A stretch of DNA of 64,000 nt from an uncultured Methanotrichaceae archaeon (lineage in GTDB: Archaea > Halobacteriota > Methanosarcinia > Methanotrichales > Methanotrichaceae). The notes under the pieces were generated by a model. The model ran no database searches and had not been told where the DNA came from. It saw only the letters and a program-made list of their open reading frames with translations. Shown piece after piece: positions 27,541-37,572 of this stretch. Within the stretch, counting starts at the first letter, position 1; the number at the start of each line of letters is the position of its first letter. The DNA is taken from NCBI GenBank assembly GCA_964639235.1, contig CAZXDN010000006.1:7477-71476 (forward strand), written 5' to 3'. Made by a program: the position numbers and the translations under genes.

Positions 27541-27918
27541 ATGAAGGAGTCCACAGTGAAGATACTTGATGACAAGGACATGGAGTTCGTCGACACTCTC
27601 AGGAGCTTGGGCGTTCCAAGAAACGTTGCGACATTAATCACCTTCCTGGCCAACGTTGATGAGGCCTCCTCTAGAGAGATCGAGATGGGCTCTGACCTGC
27701 GGCAGCCTGAGGTGTCAATTGCCATGCGAACCCTTCGCGAGAACCACTGGATTGAGGAGCGTGAGATCAAGCGGGAAGGAAAGGGCAGGCCAATGAAGGT
27801 CTATGCGCTTCATGCCTCAATAGACGAGATCATAAGGCATTTCGAGGAGGAGAAGCTGCACGAATCGGCCCAGGCCATGGAGTCTATCCAGAGGCTAAAA
27901 GAGCTGATCTCAACTTAA
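27541..27918 (+). CDS. Winged-helix (ArsR/TrmB-like) transcriptional regulator
   Basis: It is 125 aa. The wHTH core is RNVATLITFLANVDEASSREIEMGSDLRQPEVSIAMRTLRENHWIE, followed by a wing (GKGRPMKVYAL). It is preceded by a 365-bp very AT-rich divergent intergenic region. Confidence 0.7.
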   Translation: MKESTVKILDDKDMEFVDTLRSLGVPRNVATLITFLANVDEASSREIEMGSDLRQPEVSIAMRTLRENHWIEEREIKREGKGRPMKVYALHASIDEIIRHFEEEKLHESAQAMESIQRLKELIST

Positions 27919-28009
27919 ATGAGAAGGGGCGGCAAGCCTCAGTTCCATTTTCGAGGCTTTTGAGAAATTTTCGTGCCGCCCTCACATGTCCATTTTCGCC
28001 ATCTGTCCT

Positions 28010-28828
28010 CTAGATCCTGACGTTTATTCCTCTGTCTATCAGATATCTCTTGACAGACTCTACGCTGTACTCCCCGAAGTGGAATATGCTTGCGGCCAGT
28101 GCAGCCGAGGCATTTGTCTTCTTGAAGACCTCGAACATGTGCTCAGGGCTTGCGCACCCTCCTGAGGCGATGACGGGTATCTTCACCCTGGATGAGATCT
28201 CTCCTGTTAATGGTATGTCGAAGCCGTCGTATGTCCCGTCACGATCCATGCTCGTCAGCAGGATCTCTCCAGCTCCCAGCTCCTCAGCCTTCTTTGCCCA
28301 GGCGATGGCGTCAACACCAGTGAACTGCCTTCCGCCATAGAAGGAGCACTCGAACCAGCACTCGCCCTCTGGTGTCTTGATGATCTCTCTTCCTTCCTCC
28401 AAGTTGTACCTGCGCTTGGCGTCGATCGCCACAATGCAGGCCTGGTTTCCGTACCTGTCTGCTATCTCGCTTATCAGGTCGGGCCGCTTTAAGGCTGAGG
28501 TGTTAAGAGATACCTTGTCAGCTCCTGCGTTGAAGACTGACCTTGCCTCTTCCAGCGTCTTTATGCCTCCGCCCACGGCTAACGGCACAAAAACCTCCTG
28601 GCAGGTCTTCTTGATGACCTCTGTCATTGTATCCCTGCGCTCGTGCGAGGCTGTGATGTCCAGGAAGACTATCTCGTCTGCGCCCTCCTGGTAGTACCGG
28701 GTTGCCAGCTCCCAGGGGACTCCTGCGTACCTTATCTGCTTGAACTCTATTCCCTTGACTACCCTTCCGCCTGGCACTCCGAGATCGCAGTCCAGGCATG
28801 GGATGATCCTTCTGGCTAGCATCTGCAC
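28010..28828 (-). CDS. hisF: Imidazole glycerol phosphate synthase, cyclase subunit
   Basis: [18 protein letters not shown] and IASGG motifs are present. The length is 272 aa, and it overlaps hisH by 13 nt. Confidence 0.95.
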   Translation of the reverse strand: MQMLARRIIPCLDCDLGVPGGRVVKGIEFKQIRYAGVPWELATRYYQEGADEIVFLDITASHERRDTMTEVIKKTCQEVFVPLAVGGGIKTLEEARSVFNAGADKVSLNTSALKRPDLISEIADRYGNQACIVAIDAKRRYNLEEGREIIKTPEGECWFECSFYGGRQFTGVDAIAWAKKAEELGAGEILLTSMDRDGTYDGFDIPLTGEISSRVKIPVIASGGCASPEHMFEVFKKTNASAALAASIFHFGEYSVESVKRYLIDRGINVRI

Positions 28829-29418
28829 AACCTCACGAAGTTTTCGAGAATTCTCAGGCCCTTTTGGCCAGACTTCTCCGGGTGGAACTGGGTGGCATAA
28901 AGGTTCTCCTTGGCAATCACAGCTGCAACTTCTGTGCCGTGGTGGGTCGTGGCTGCGATTATGTCTCTCTCCTCTGGGACGCAGTGATATGAGTGGACGA
29001 AGTAGAACATATCGCCCTCTTTTATCCCATCCAGAATGTCCAGGCCTTTTATGATCTTGATGTCGTTCCAGCCCATCTGAGGTATCATCACGCCCTCTGG
29101 CAGCTTTACAACAGAGCCCGGCACCCAGGAGAATCCCCTAGCTTCTGGGTTCTCTTCGCTTCTCTCGAAGAGCACCTGCATTCCCACGCATATCCCCAGG
29201 ACCGGCGTGCCGGATCTCAGGACCTCTGAGAGCGGGCCCTCGAAGCGCTCCAGCCTCTCCATGCACTTTCCAAATGCGCCTACACCTGGGACCACGACTC
29301 CTCCGGCGTCTGAGAGTCCCTCTGGCGAACGTATCACCTCAGGCGATGCCCCGACTTTGGATAGGGCATTGTAGATGCTGAAGAGGTTGCCCATCCCATA
29401 ATCCACGATAGCTATCAT
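28816..29418 (-). CDS. hisH: Imidazole glycerol phosphate synthase, glutaminase subunit
   Basis: [11 protein letters not shown], the nucleophile elbow GICVGMQ and QFHPEKS are present. The length is 200 aa. Confidence 0.95.
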   Translation of the reverse strand: MIAIVDYGMGNLFSIYNALSKVGASPEVIRSPEGLSDAGGVVVPGVGAFGKCMERLERFEGPLSEVLRSGTPVLGICVGMQVLFERSEENPEARGFSWVPGSVVKLPEGVMIPQMGWNDIKIIKGLDILDGIKEGDMFYFVHSYHCVPEERDIIAATTHHGTEVAAVIAKENLYATQFHPEKSGQKGLRILENFVRLCRC

Positions 29419-29884
29419 TTAACTCCTGCCCTTTTCGTTAGCCGGAATGGTCTTTCCTTTAGGCTGATATATATCTTCCCGAAATGGTTTTTATATCAAA
29501 AAATAGGAAACGGAAGGTCGGTGAAGCGATAGGCAATCGCTCTGAAGATGCGGACGTTTATTTCGGACCAGGACAGGGCATCTGTGACCTCTGGCTGCGA
29601 TGAGCCTGAGTCCCCCTCAGCAGTTGAGCATCGGCTGAAGAGCGCAACTTCCAGGCCGAGCCCATCTGAACATCGGGGAACGCTTGTCTTTCAGCGCCAA
29701 TCCTAGATATAATCTATTGTCCCTCCAGTTCCATTCGCATCTGTGCTGAGTCTGTCATGTGCAGGACCTAGACGGGGGAGGCGAGCGGCTTATCTTTTGC
29801 CAGAATGACCCGGCACCCGCAGAGACGCGGCTGCCAGGCCATTTTAAAAAAGTCATTAGAATATAATCAAAAGGAGGAGGAAAT

Positions 29885-31480
29885 ATGAATCTTAGGCAAC
29901 CAAATGCCAGTGCAGCTACTGGAACTTTCAACAGGTCAAGGAGCGTAGTCCCGACCTCAGGAATATGTTCTGATTGTCTGGATGGATGCCGCGGCGGCTG
30001 TGAGACATGGCTTGCGTCTTTCAGGGGGCGCGAGGTTCTCTACCCAGGGCCTTTCGGAGAGATCACTGCAGGAGCTGATAAGAACTATCCAGTGGATTAC
30101 TCTCACATCAACATCCAGGGATACGCAATGGGCGCAGACGGGCTGCCAGAAGGAGTAGCAGCTGGCCCAGACACAGCTCTCTTCCCCAATGTCGATACCC
30201 AGACTGAGTACGGCTGGGATAAGAAGGTCAAGATGACAGTCCCCATATTCACTGGCGCACTTGGCTCAACCGAGATTGCCAGGAAGAACTGGGAGCACTT
30301 CGCAATTGGCGCAGCAATTACGGGCATCACCCTTGTCTGCGGAGAGAACGTCTGCGGGATAGACCCAGGGCTCGTCTTGAATTCCCAGGGCAAGGTCCAG
30401 CTCTCTCCTGAGATGGACAGGAGGATCAATACTTATAAGAAATTCTACAACGGCTTTGGCGAGATCCTGGTGCAGATGAACGTCGAGGACACGCGCCTTG
30501 GGGTTGCAGAGTACGTCTCATCCAAGCACAACCTTGAGACCATTGAGCTGAAATGGGGCCAGGGAGCAAAGTGCATTGGAGGGGAAATCAAGGTCAAGAC
30601 CCTTGAGAGGGCACTCGAGCTCAAGAAGAGGGGCTATGTTGTCTCCCCAGACCCGACGCTTCCAGAGATACAGGCAGCATTCAAGGACGGAGCCATAAAG
30701 GAGTTCGAGCGCCACTCGCGCCTGGGATTCGTCACCCAAGAGGGATTCATGGCTGAGATAGACAGGCTCAGGGACCTTGGATTCAAGAGGATCACGCTTA
30801 AGACCGGCGCCTACTCTATGGTCGAGCTTGCGATGGCCCTCAGGTACGGCGCAGAGGCCAAGCTGGACCTGCTGACAATCGATGGCGCACCTGGCGGCAC
30901 TGGCATGAGCCCCTGGCCCATGATGAACGAGTGGGGCATACCGACTTTCTACCTCCAGGCCCTGGCAATAGAGTTTGCAAACAAGCTCACCAAGCGCGGC
31001 CTGAGGGTCCCAGACCTCGCAATGGCTGGAGGGTTCTCAACTGAAGACGGAGTCTACAAGGCCATTGCAATGGGCAGCCCCTACTTCAAGGCTGTGTGCA
31101 TGGGCAGAGCCCTCATGATCCCAGGAATGGTTGGAAAGAACATAGGCGACTGGCTGGCAAAGGGCGAGCTTCCAAAGACTGTGTCCAAGTTCGGCACCAA
31201 GCCTGAGGAGATCTTCGTCGCGTTCGAGGAGCTCAAGGCCAAGTACGGAAACGACTTCAAGGACATCCCAATGGGAGCCATTGCCATCTACACATACGGC
31301 CAGAAGTTCAGGACCGGCCTGCAGCAGCTGATGGCTGGATCTAGAAACTTCCGCCTCTCGAACCTGGGAAGAAATGACCTGATGGCTCTGACTGAAGACG
31401 CCTCCAAGATCTCAGGCATTCCCTATGTCATGGATGCCCGCCGCGAAGAGGCAGAGGCAGTTCTGGACTCTCTGATCTGA
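29885..31480 (+). CDS. FMN-binding glutamate-synthase-family protein (archaeal GltB domain-2-like) with an N-terminal Cys cluster
   Basis: There is a strong SD (AAGGAGGAGG). The N-terminal cluster is CSDCLDGCRGGCE. LTIDGAPGGTGMSP and the TIM-barrel pattern are typical of GltS FMN domains. Confidence 0.85.
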   Translation: MNLRQPNASAATGTFNRSRSVVPTSGICSDCLDGCRGGCETWLASFRGREVLYPGPFGEITAGADKNYPVDYSHINIQGYAMGADGLPEGVAAGPDTALFPNVDTQTEYGWDKKVKMTVPIFTGALGSTEIARKNWEHFAIGAAITGITLVCGENVCGIDPGLVLNSQGKVQLSPEMDRRINTYKKFYNGFGEILVQMNVEDTRLGVAEYVSSKHNLETIELKWGQGAKCIGGEIKVKTLERALELKKRGYVVSPDPTLPEIQAAFKDGAIKEFERHSRLGFVTQEGFMAEIDRLRDLGFKRITLKTGAYSMVELAMALRYGAEAKLDLLTIDGAPGGTGMSPWPMMNEWGIPTFYLQALAIEFANKLTKRGLRVPDLAMAGGFSTEDGVYKAIAMGSPYFKAVCMGRALMIPGMVGKNIGDWLAKGELPKTVSKFGTKPEEIFVAFEELKAKYGNDFKDIPMGAIAIYTYGQKFRTGLQQLMAGSRNFRLSNLGRNDLMALTEDASKISGIPYVMDARREEAEAVLDSLI

Positions 31481-31663
31481 GTTATTTTGTGTGCGCCTGA
31501 GGAGGGATAAAGCCATGTCCAGTCCCTCTCTTAGGCTTTTGTTTTTTCTGAAATTTTCGTTTATTCTGAGACTCTTCTGGGCTTGAGGGTCCCTCTCTCC
31601 TCTGGCCGGCACAACCGATAAATAGCGATCTCCTCAAATAAGTTAGAATGAGGTGTTTAATTT

Positions 31664-32500
31664 ATGCATCGCACATTTTTGGCTTTATTGATGCTGTGCA
31701 TCTTGTGTTCGGGCACAGCTCTAGCAGGATACAGTGCAGGCCAGTCCTCAGCTGAGGCCTCGATGTCAAGTCTTGACGTTCAGTCGGGAAGCGCTCAGTA
31801 CGCATCTTCTGACCTGGCAGAGTACTCCACCCAGGCTCCGCCTGCGTCTCAGCAGATGTCTTTACAGCCTCTGGATGTAGGCGTAAGCGCTCCTGGCAGC
31901 GTGTACTTCAGAGGTGGCAAGATGAGCTGGGGTGACTACTCAGGGATCTCCTCGCTCTCCTCGCCGCTTCTCTGGGCCTCTACAAATGGTGGCTGGTCCT
32001 GGTACTCTGTGGTGCCGCTGGGCGGCTGGAGCAGGCAGATAATCTACGTCCCGGTCCCTGGTGTCATGAAGGCATATGAGACGTATCCGTCTGGAGCCGT
32101 ACAGGAGTACGATCTTGGAAGCGCAGGCTTCGGCTACAGCTACCTCTGGTTCTACGCAGACGTCCCTGGAAGGCACACAAGCATGTTCACAGTAGATGGC
32201 GCGCCGAGCAACTCGGTGATCACCGATGTCCTGTCCACATCGCAGGTAGAGCCAGGATATTCATCGCCAGTGACTTCTGCAGTCTCATCTGCATCATCTT
32301 CTTCATCCACAGCGACCACCGGCAGATACTCCCTGGTCTCAGGCGCAGCTGTGACCTACCCAACGGGCGCTGGGACGGAGAGCAGGTACTCTCTCAGGTC
32401 CAGCACCAGGCCGTCTGGCGGCGTGACCACGGCGGCTCGTTCAACGAGCGGTGTTACATCCATCGGCTACGTTTCTGGCGGCGTAAGCTCTGGCTACTGA
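31664..32500 (+). CDS. Secreted protein with a Ser/Thr-rich C-terminal tail, function unknown
   Basis: The signal peptide is MHRTFLALLMLCILCSGTALA. The core is Trp/Tyr-rich and the tail is low-complexity (SSASSSSSTATTG...). Confidence 0.55.
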   Translation: MHRTFLALLMLCILCSGTALAGYSAGQSSAEASMSSLDVQSGSAQYASSDLAEYSTQAPPASQQMSLQPLDVGVSAPGSVYFRGGKMSWGDYSGISSLSSPLLWASTNGGWSWYSVVPLGGWSRQIIYVPVPGVMKAYETYPSGAVQEYDLGSAGFGYSYLWFYADVPGRHTSMFTVDGAPSNSVITDVLSTSQVEPGYSSPVTSAVSSASSSSSTATTGRYSLVSGAAVTYPTGAGTESRYSLRSSTRPSGGVTTAARSTSGVTSIGYVSGGVSSGY

Positions 32501-32677
32501 GCTCTTTCATGGAAAAGGGCCAGATGTGCCCCAAAATTTTTTGATGCCTCAAGCCGAGAATATATGCCAGATGAGGTAGATCCCGATTGTCACTATATTG
32601 AAAGAAGATCTGCGCTCGGCTTTCCATCTGGTGTCTTCAGCTACTTGGGCCTAATGCCGCTGGAAAAGGCCAGCGGC

Positions 32678-33544
32678 TCAGATGGTGGCTTTGCCTTCGC
32701 AGTGCTTTACGAGCGCTCTTAGGAGGTCCCTGTCCCTCAGTAGGCCTATGAGCTTCTGGCTGGATGTCACAACTGGCAGCTGGTCGATCTTGTTCTTGCG
32801 CATGACACCTGCCACATCGCTCACCATCTCACCTCTTAATGCAGTCATAGCCGGGACCATTGCTTCTCTCACAGCTATGTCTCTGAGCTCGATCCTTGAG
32901 ACTGCATAGTACAGGCTCATGGTGTTCATGACCCCGTCCCACATCCACCCGTCATCCTCTCTGGCATGTGAGAGGTCTGTCCTGCCAACTGAGTCCTCTA
33001 TGACGCTGGCGTTGATCAGGTCTCTGTCAGACACTATGCCTATGAGCATCAGGTTTGAGTCTATGACAGGGCAGGCTCCTACCTGGGCGTGATCCATGAT
33101 CTCTCCTGCAACTGGAAGTGGGGTCTCGCTCCAGAGCACGACCACCCTTCTCTGGAAGAGCTCGTCTATCTTCTCATTGATGCCCATCTCAGATACGACC
33201 TCGATTATGTCTGCGATGGTGACCATTCCCACGAGCTTCCCATCCTCCACCACTGGAAGGCGTCTGATTCCGTGCTCGACCAGGAGCTTGGATGCCTCGA
33301 TCACAGTTGCCCCTGGCCCCACCACTACGGGGTTCCTGGTCATCAGAAGAGCTATCTGGTCTTCTTCCCTGTTCTTGAGAAGGTCTGACCTGGTGATCAT
33401 CCCAACCACGCATCCCTTCTTGACCACAGGGACTCCTGATACTCTGCTCTTCTGCAATGTCTTCAGGACCTCGTCTCTGCTGCCTGGAACGTCGACGTAG
33501 GCGACGTCCCTGACCATTATATCTCCCACTAGTTTGGGGCTCAA
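32678..33544 (-). CDS. Protein with four CBS domains
   Basis: Four repeats of the CBS pattern are present (IMVRDVAYV...VSGVPVV...GMITRSDLL and similar). Confidence 0.85.
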   Translation of the reverse strand: MSPKLVGDIMVRDVAYVDVPGSRDEVLKTLQKSRVSGVPVVKKGCVVGMITRSDLLKNREEDQIALLMTRNPVVVGPGATVIEASKLLVEHGIRRLPVVEDGKLVGMVTIADIIEVVSEMGINEKIDELFQRRVVVLWSETPLPVAGEIMDHAQVGACPVIDSNLMLIGIVSDRDLINASVIEDSVGRTDLSHAREDDGWMWDGVMNTMSLYYAVSRIELRDIAVREAMVPAMTALRGEMVSDVAGVMRKNKIDQLPVVTSSQKLIGLLRDRDLLRALVKHCEGKATI

Positions 33545-33978
33545 GCTTTACCTCCAGGGATGGTGAGGACTGGAGCGCTGGAGTTCCTCACGACCTTCTC
33601 TGCGACGCTTCCCAGGAGGAACTTGTCAAGGCCTGTTCTTCCCACATTTCCCATTACGATCATGTCTGCTCCATGCTGCCCTGCGTACCTCAGTATCTCT
33701 TCGCCTGGGTTTCCCTCCAGAATGACCTTCTGTGCTTCGACTCCAGACTCTCTGGCCAGACTTTCCACATAATCGTTGGCCTCTTTTCCTTCTCTCACCA
33801 GTATGTCTCTTATGCTGAAGAGGAGCATGTCATCAGGAAGGTGGCTCATCCTGCTAGTATCTGCCACGTAAAGAGATATCACCTTCCCTCCGGAAAGCTT
33901 GGCGATCTCGATACCAGCCTTGGCGGCCTTTTCGCTGTGTTTGGACCCATCAGTTGCAATCAATATCTTCTCGAACAT
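33541..33978 (-). CDS. Universal stress protein (UspA family)
   Basis: ILIATDGSKHSEKA and the ATP-binding motif GNVGRTGLDKFLLGSVAEKVVRNSSAPVLTI are present. It overlaps the CBS gene by 4 nt. Confidence 0.9.
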   Translation of the reverse strand: MFEKILIATDGSKHSEKAAKAGIEIAKLSGGKVISLYVADTSRMSHLPDDMLLFSIRDILVREGKEANDYVESLARESGVEAQKVILEGNPGEEILRYAGQHGADMIVMGNVGRTGLDKFLLGSVAEKVVRNSSAPVLTIPGGKA

Positions 33979-33999
33979 AGTGGCACCTGGAAACGTTTC

Positions 34000-35064
34000 T
34001 CATTTAGGAAATACGGCTTTGATGTCAGAGGGCCTGGCTCTCCTGACGATGCTTGCCAGAGGATCGATCGAGCCCCAGAGGTTGTTAGATCGGTCGTCGA
34101 TAACCATCACCCTGCCCTCCTTACCCACATCTATAGAGCCAGCTCTATTATCGATTCCCATTATTCTCGCTCCATTTAGCGTGCACATCTTAAATACCTG
34201 TCTATCGTCGTGGAGCAGCGCCTTTGAGATCATCTCCATCTCGCTGAACATATCTGGCGAGTTGAGCATCACATTGTCAGTTCCAACTGCAATGTCTATG
34301 CCAAGGTCGACCATCTTCTTTACGCTTGGAAGCCCTGATCCAGTGACCAGGTTGGATCTGGGACAGATAACGACAGGGGTGCCTGATGCTGCTACCTTCT
34401 CCAGGTCATCTTCATCTGCCTTGCAGAGGTGTATCAGAAAGTCGGGCTCAAGCTTTTGGGCCGCGGCTATATCATCTCGGCTGGCCTCTCCAGCGTGAAC
34501 AGCCACAATCTTACCTCTCTTCCTGGCAAGGCTCACAGCCTCCTCTAGGACGTCGCACTGTATGTCCCTCGTGCTGCTGATTCCCAGCCCCCAGCAGGCT
34601 TCGTGCAGCTCTGCAGAGCCTTTGTGAGGCCTGCCCAGGATCTTCGACTCAAGCGGCAACCCCTCCAGGGCTTCAAGCAGAGGTGCCACTCCATCAATGC
34701 CTCCTTCTCTGAAGTCGGCAAATGCACATGTGCCTGTAGCCGTCATCTCCAGAAGCGTCCTCCTCATGCCCTCGACTATCCTCGTGCGCGGAGTCGACTC
34801 CAGCACCCTGTGCTTCAGTCCTCCTGGGCCAACCAGGTCGCTTAATGGCATGAAAGGCGGGTCCTTGATCACAGAGTCGCCTATGTGGGTGTGGGCATTG
34901 AAGAACTGTGGACAGATTATGCCTGAAAGGTCGCAGTCGACTCTTTCCTGGCCAAGTTCTTCAATTATCCCATCTCTTATGCAGATGTAGCCCTCGATTG
35001 GCTCGAACTCTGTGCCTGAGATCACAGTTCCCGACAGTATGATCTCTTTCCTCGCCCCTCTCAT
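34000..35064 (-). CDS. Metal-dependent amidohydrolase (chlorohydrolase/aminohydrolase family)
   Basis: The HxH motif FNAHTHIGDS is present, with later VHAGE and GTDNV motifs. The ATG at 35064 is preferred, because the longer ORF to 35142 would abut the divergent gene. Confidence 0.8.
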   Translation of the reverse strand: MRGARKEIILSGTVISGTEFEPIEGYICIRDGIIEELGQERVDCDLSGIICPQFFNAHTHIGDSVIKDPPFMPLSDLVGPGGLKHRVLESTPRTRIVEGMRRTLLEMTATGTCAFADFREGGIDGVAPLLEALEGLPLESKILGRPHKGSAELHEACWGLGISSTRDIQCDVLEEAVSLARKRGKIVAVHAGEASRDDIAAAQKLEPDFLIHLCKADEDDLEKVAASGTPVVICPRSNLVTGSGLPSVKKMVDLGIDIAVGTDNVMLNSPDMFSEMEMISKALLHDDRQVFKMCTLNGARIMGIDNRAGSIDVGKEGRVMVIDDRSNNLWGSIDPLASIVRRARPSDIKAVFPK

Positions 35065-35141
35065 ATCTGTGTGTTGGCAGTGAAGATATTTAGCTTGAGC
35101 CCAATTCCTGAGATCATGATCTGTACAGCGGTGTTTTACCA

Positions 35142-35810
35142 ATGAGGCCCTTTGTCTACATCAACAGCGCCATGAGCGCTGATGGCAAGATAAGCTCTGT
35201 GGAAAGAAGGCAGGTCAGGATCTCATGTAAGGCCGACCTGGAGAGGGTCGACGAGCTTCGTGCAGGAAGCGACGCCGTCATGGTGGGAATAGGCACAGTC
35301 CTGGCTGACGACCCAGGGCTCAAGGTCAAGTCCGAGACGCTACGCAGGCACAGGCTTGAGAATGGCTTGACAGAGAACCCCTTAAGGGTAGTTGTGGACA
35401 GCAGGGCTCGCACTCCATTGGACTCGAAGATCCTGGGCAGCAGCTGCATAATTGCAGTGGCAGAAGATGCCCCAAAGGACAGAGTTGCTGCTCTGGAAGG
35501 CAGGTGCGAGGTCGTGGCCTGTGGGCTTGGCAGAGTAGACCTTCAGGCTCTGATGTCTTATCTCTTCTCCAAGGGAGTTAGGCGTCTGATGGTCGAAGGA
35601 GGTGCTACCCTCAACTGGTCTCTCATAGAGGCTGGGCTGGTAGACGAGATTTGCGTATATGTAGGCGCAATGATCATTGGAGGCGGAGGTGCGCCTACTC
35701 TGGTAGACGGCTCTGGGTTCAAATCCGCATTTCCGAGGCTGGACCTCGTCTCTCTGGAGAAGATGGACGATGGCGCCCTGATTCTGTGGCGAATTGTCAG
35801 ATCAGAATAG
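35142..35810 (+). CDS. 2,5-diamino-6-ribosylamino-4(3H)-pyrimidinone 5'-phosphate reductase (RibD C-terminal-type, archaeal riboflavin pathway)
   Basis: PFVYINSAMSADGKIS, MVGIGTVLADDP and MVEGGATLNWS are present. The length is 222 aa. Confidence 0.85.
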   Translation: MRPFVYINSAMSADGKISSVERRQVRISCKADLERVDELRAGSDAVMVGIGTVLADDPGLKVKSETLRRHRLENGLTENPLRVVVDSRARTPLDSKILGSSCIIAVAEDAPKDRVAALEGRCEVVACGLGRVDLQALMSYLFSKGVRRLMVEGGATLNWSLIEAGLVDEICVYVGAMIIGGGGAPTLVDGSGFKSAFPRLDLVSLEKMDDGALILWRIVRSE

Positions 35811-35845
35811 GATTTATCATTAAAAAAGGTGAAGATGGGGCAGGC

Positions 35846-36553
35846 CTACTTGCCTGCCATGAACGCGTCCCAGCCCTTGTAGTGGTCCCTGAGCACTGTG
35901 CAGATCTCCTCTAGCATATCGAATGGTATGCCCACAATGACCTCAGACTCTCTCAGTCCTGAGTTCCTCTGAGAGCCGTCGCATCCAAGAGAGACGTTGA
36001 CCTCTCCCTTCAGGTATGGCGAGGATGTCGCATCCACGCAGAATGTCTGTATCCCTGCGGTGGTGTAGTCCAGCCTTCCGCCGCGGCTGTAGAGCACTGC
36101 CTGGGTAATCCTCCTGGCTTGAAGCGGCGTTCCAGCAAAGATGACGACATCTGGATTCATCACCATCTTGTCCAGCGGCGCCACATAGGATGCGACTACG
36201 CTTCCTGCAGGAGGCCGCGGCATCTCAGCTGAGATCCTGGCGCCGATCTCCTTGGTAGCGCATTTATTGAGCTTCGAGAAGTACAGCGCGCCAGAAGAGA
36301 TGCTCTCTGGGCACTCCATAAGCCCAATTCCTGCCGCTCCTCCCTTGCACTCGTGCTTATCCGCAGACGCCAGGTAGCTGTTGCCCTGAAGGCGAGCCCC
36401 CTGCACCATCTCGCAGTATCTCATCGGCCTCTCAATGGATGCGAGCTCTTTTGGTATGTCCTCTTCGCGCTTGAATAGAACTACGCCCACTGGGTTGGTG
36501 TTCAGGCCCAGAGAGGCTTTAAGTATCTCTGACATCTCTTCTAGTCTCATCAA
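35846..36553 (-). CDS. DUF169 family protein
   Basis: It is 235 aa. LGLNTNPVGVVLFKREEDIP and conserved Cys positions match my recollection of DUF169 (COG2043). Confidence 0.6.
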   Translation of the reverse strand: MMRLEEMSEILKASLGLNTNPVGVVLFKREEDIPKELASIERPMRYCEMVQGARLQGNSYLASADKHECKGGAAGIGLMECPESISSGALYFSKLNKCATKEIGARISAEMPRPPAGSVVASYVAPLDKMVMNPDVVIFAGTPLQARRITQAVLYSRGGRLDYTTAGIQTFCVDATSSPYLKGEVNVSLGCDGSQRNSGLRESEVIVGIPFDMLEEICTVLRDHYKGWDAFMAGK

Positions 36554-36640
36554 AATGCCTCATTGGGATTCATGTCAAGACGCTCATTTCTTCTTTGCGC
36601 TCGTGCTTTCAGGAGATCTCAAAAGGGAGTTCCAGGGCCT

Positions 36641-37141
36641 CTATTTCTTTTCATCTCTGGGATAACTGAAGCTCGCCACTACATCGCCCTCCTCATCCTT
36701 AAGAGTTGCTACATCTCCCCCATTGTTCCAGATGGGGCTCTTGCTCTTCCAGTAGAGGTCAGCCTCTGTATCTTCTCCCTGGCCTGTGTGGATCCTAACT
36801 GTAGCCCCAGCATTGAGAGAGTACTCCTTGAAGGAGTATGTGTGGTTGCCTTCATCCAAGAGCTTCCAGCCATTCATATTCTGGACAGCTGAGCCCCTGT
36901 TGGTTATCTCCACCCACTCGCCATTGAGGTTCTCCCTCTCCGGGCTTGGAGCTTCGTAGTTGATATCTTTTATCACAATGACCTGGGAGATATCCCCGAC
37001 TTTGTCTTTGCTTTCTGCACCTGACGTCAGGACTGCTGTCGTGGCGTTTGCAGTCGAGTTCATCTCTCCAAAAGACGTTCCAACATAGGTGGCTGCAACT
37101 GCTAACAGCAGCATCAATTCAAATACATTAGATAGTCTCAT
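36641..37141 (-). CDS. Secreted lamin-tail-domain (LTD) protein, paralogue 1
   Basis: The ATG at 37141 follows GGAGGAA. The signal peptide is MRLSNVFELMLLLAVAATYVGTSFG. The linker is rich in N-x-T sequons. The LTD pattern is GEWVEITNRGSAVQNMNGWKLLDEGNHTYSF...GATVRIHTGQG...IWNNGGDVATLKDEEGDVV. Confidence 0.7.
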   Translation of the reverse strand: MRLSNVFELMLLLAVAATYVGTSFGEMNSTANATTAVLTSGAESKDKVGDISQVIVIKDINYEAPSPERENLNGEWVEITNRGSAVQNMNGWKLLDEGNHTYSFKEYSLNAGATVRIHTGQGEDTEADLYWKSKSPIWNNGGDVATLKDEEGDVVASFSYPRDEKK

Positions 37142-37189
37142 CTCGGTTCCTCCAGACTTGGCCAAGTAACTTAGGGTTGTCTTGTGAGG

Positions 37190-37212
37190 ATTTAAACCTT
37201 TCTAAAAATTTT
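37190..37212 (-). promoter_or_regulatory. Shared BRE/TATA-like promoter block of the LTD cluster (copy 1)
   Basis: On the minus strand it reads AAAATTTTTAGAAAGGTTTAAAT, about 50 nt upstream of the ATG at 37141. Related blocks precede the other three cluster genes. Confidence 0.45.
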
Positions 37213-37572
37213 GGCTTGTTTTCCACTTTTGTTAATACTTCTAAAAAATTATTTCTCAAAATTTAACTCAAGGCAAATAGCAGCACAATATAATGGAAGA
37301 TATGTCTCTCAATTTATCCGCAGTGCGTCTGGCATTTGCCAGAAGGCAGCGCAGGTCGAGCATGCCGCGCCAGGCGAGAATGCAAAGCGAGCTGCGCTCG
37401 TACCTGATGCATCATCTCGTGAGGGATAAACATTCGATTGCAGACATGGGCTTCAGAGCTACAGCTCCTGGCATTGTTTGGGCCTGCCCAGTTTCAGTTG
37501 AGCAGGCTTTACAGCTTTTGCCCTCTCATCAAAGTCTCTTGTCGGCGATGATCGTCCTTGGATACAGAAGCT

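Noticed and set aside
33673-34498. Plus-strand ORFs of 168 aa and 199 aa across the Usp and amidohydrolase genes.
   Set aside because: Both are antisense to genes with clear family motifs. They have no start context or recognisable motifs.
35715-35726. GGGTTCAAATCC, which resembles a tRNA T-arm/T-loop.
   Set aside because: It lies in frame inside the riboflavin-pathway reductase CDS (GSGFKSAF). No acceptor stem, D-arm or anticodon arm can be drawn around it.
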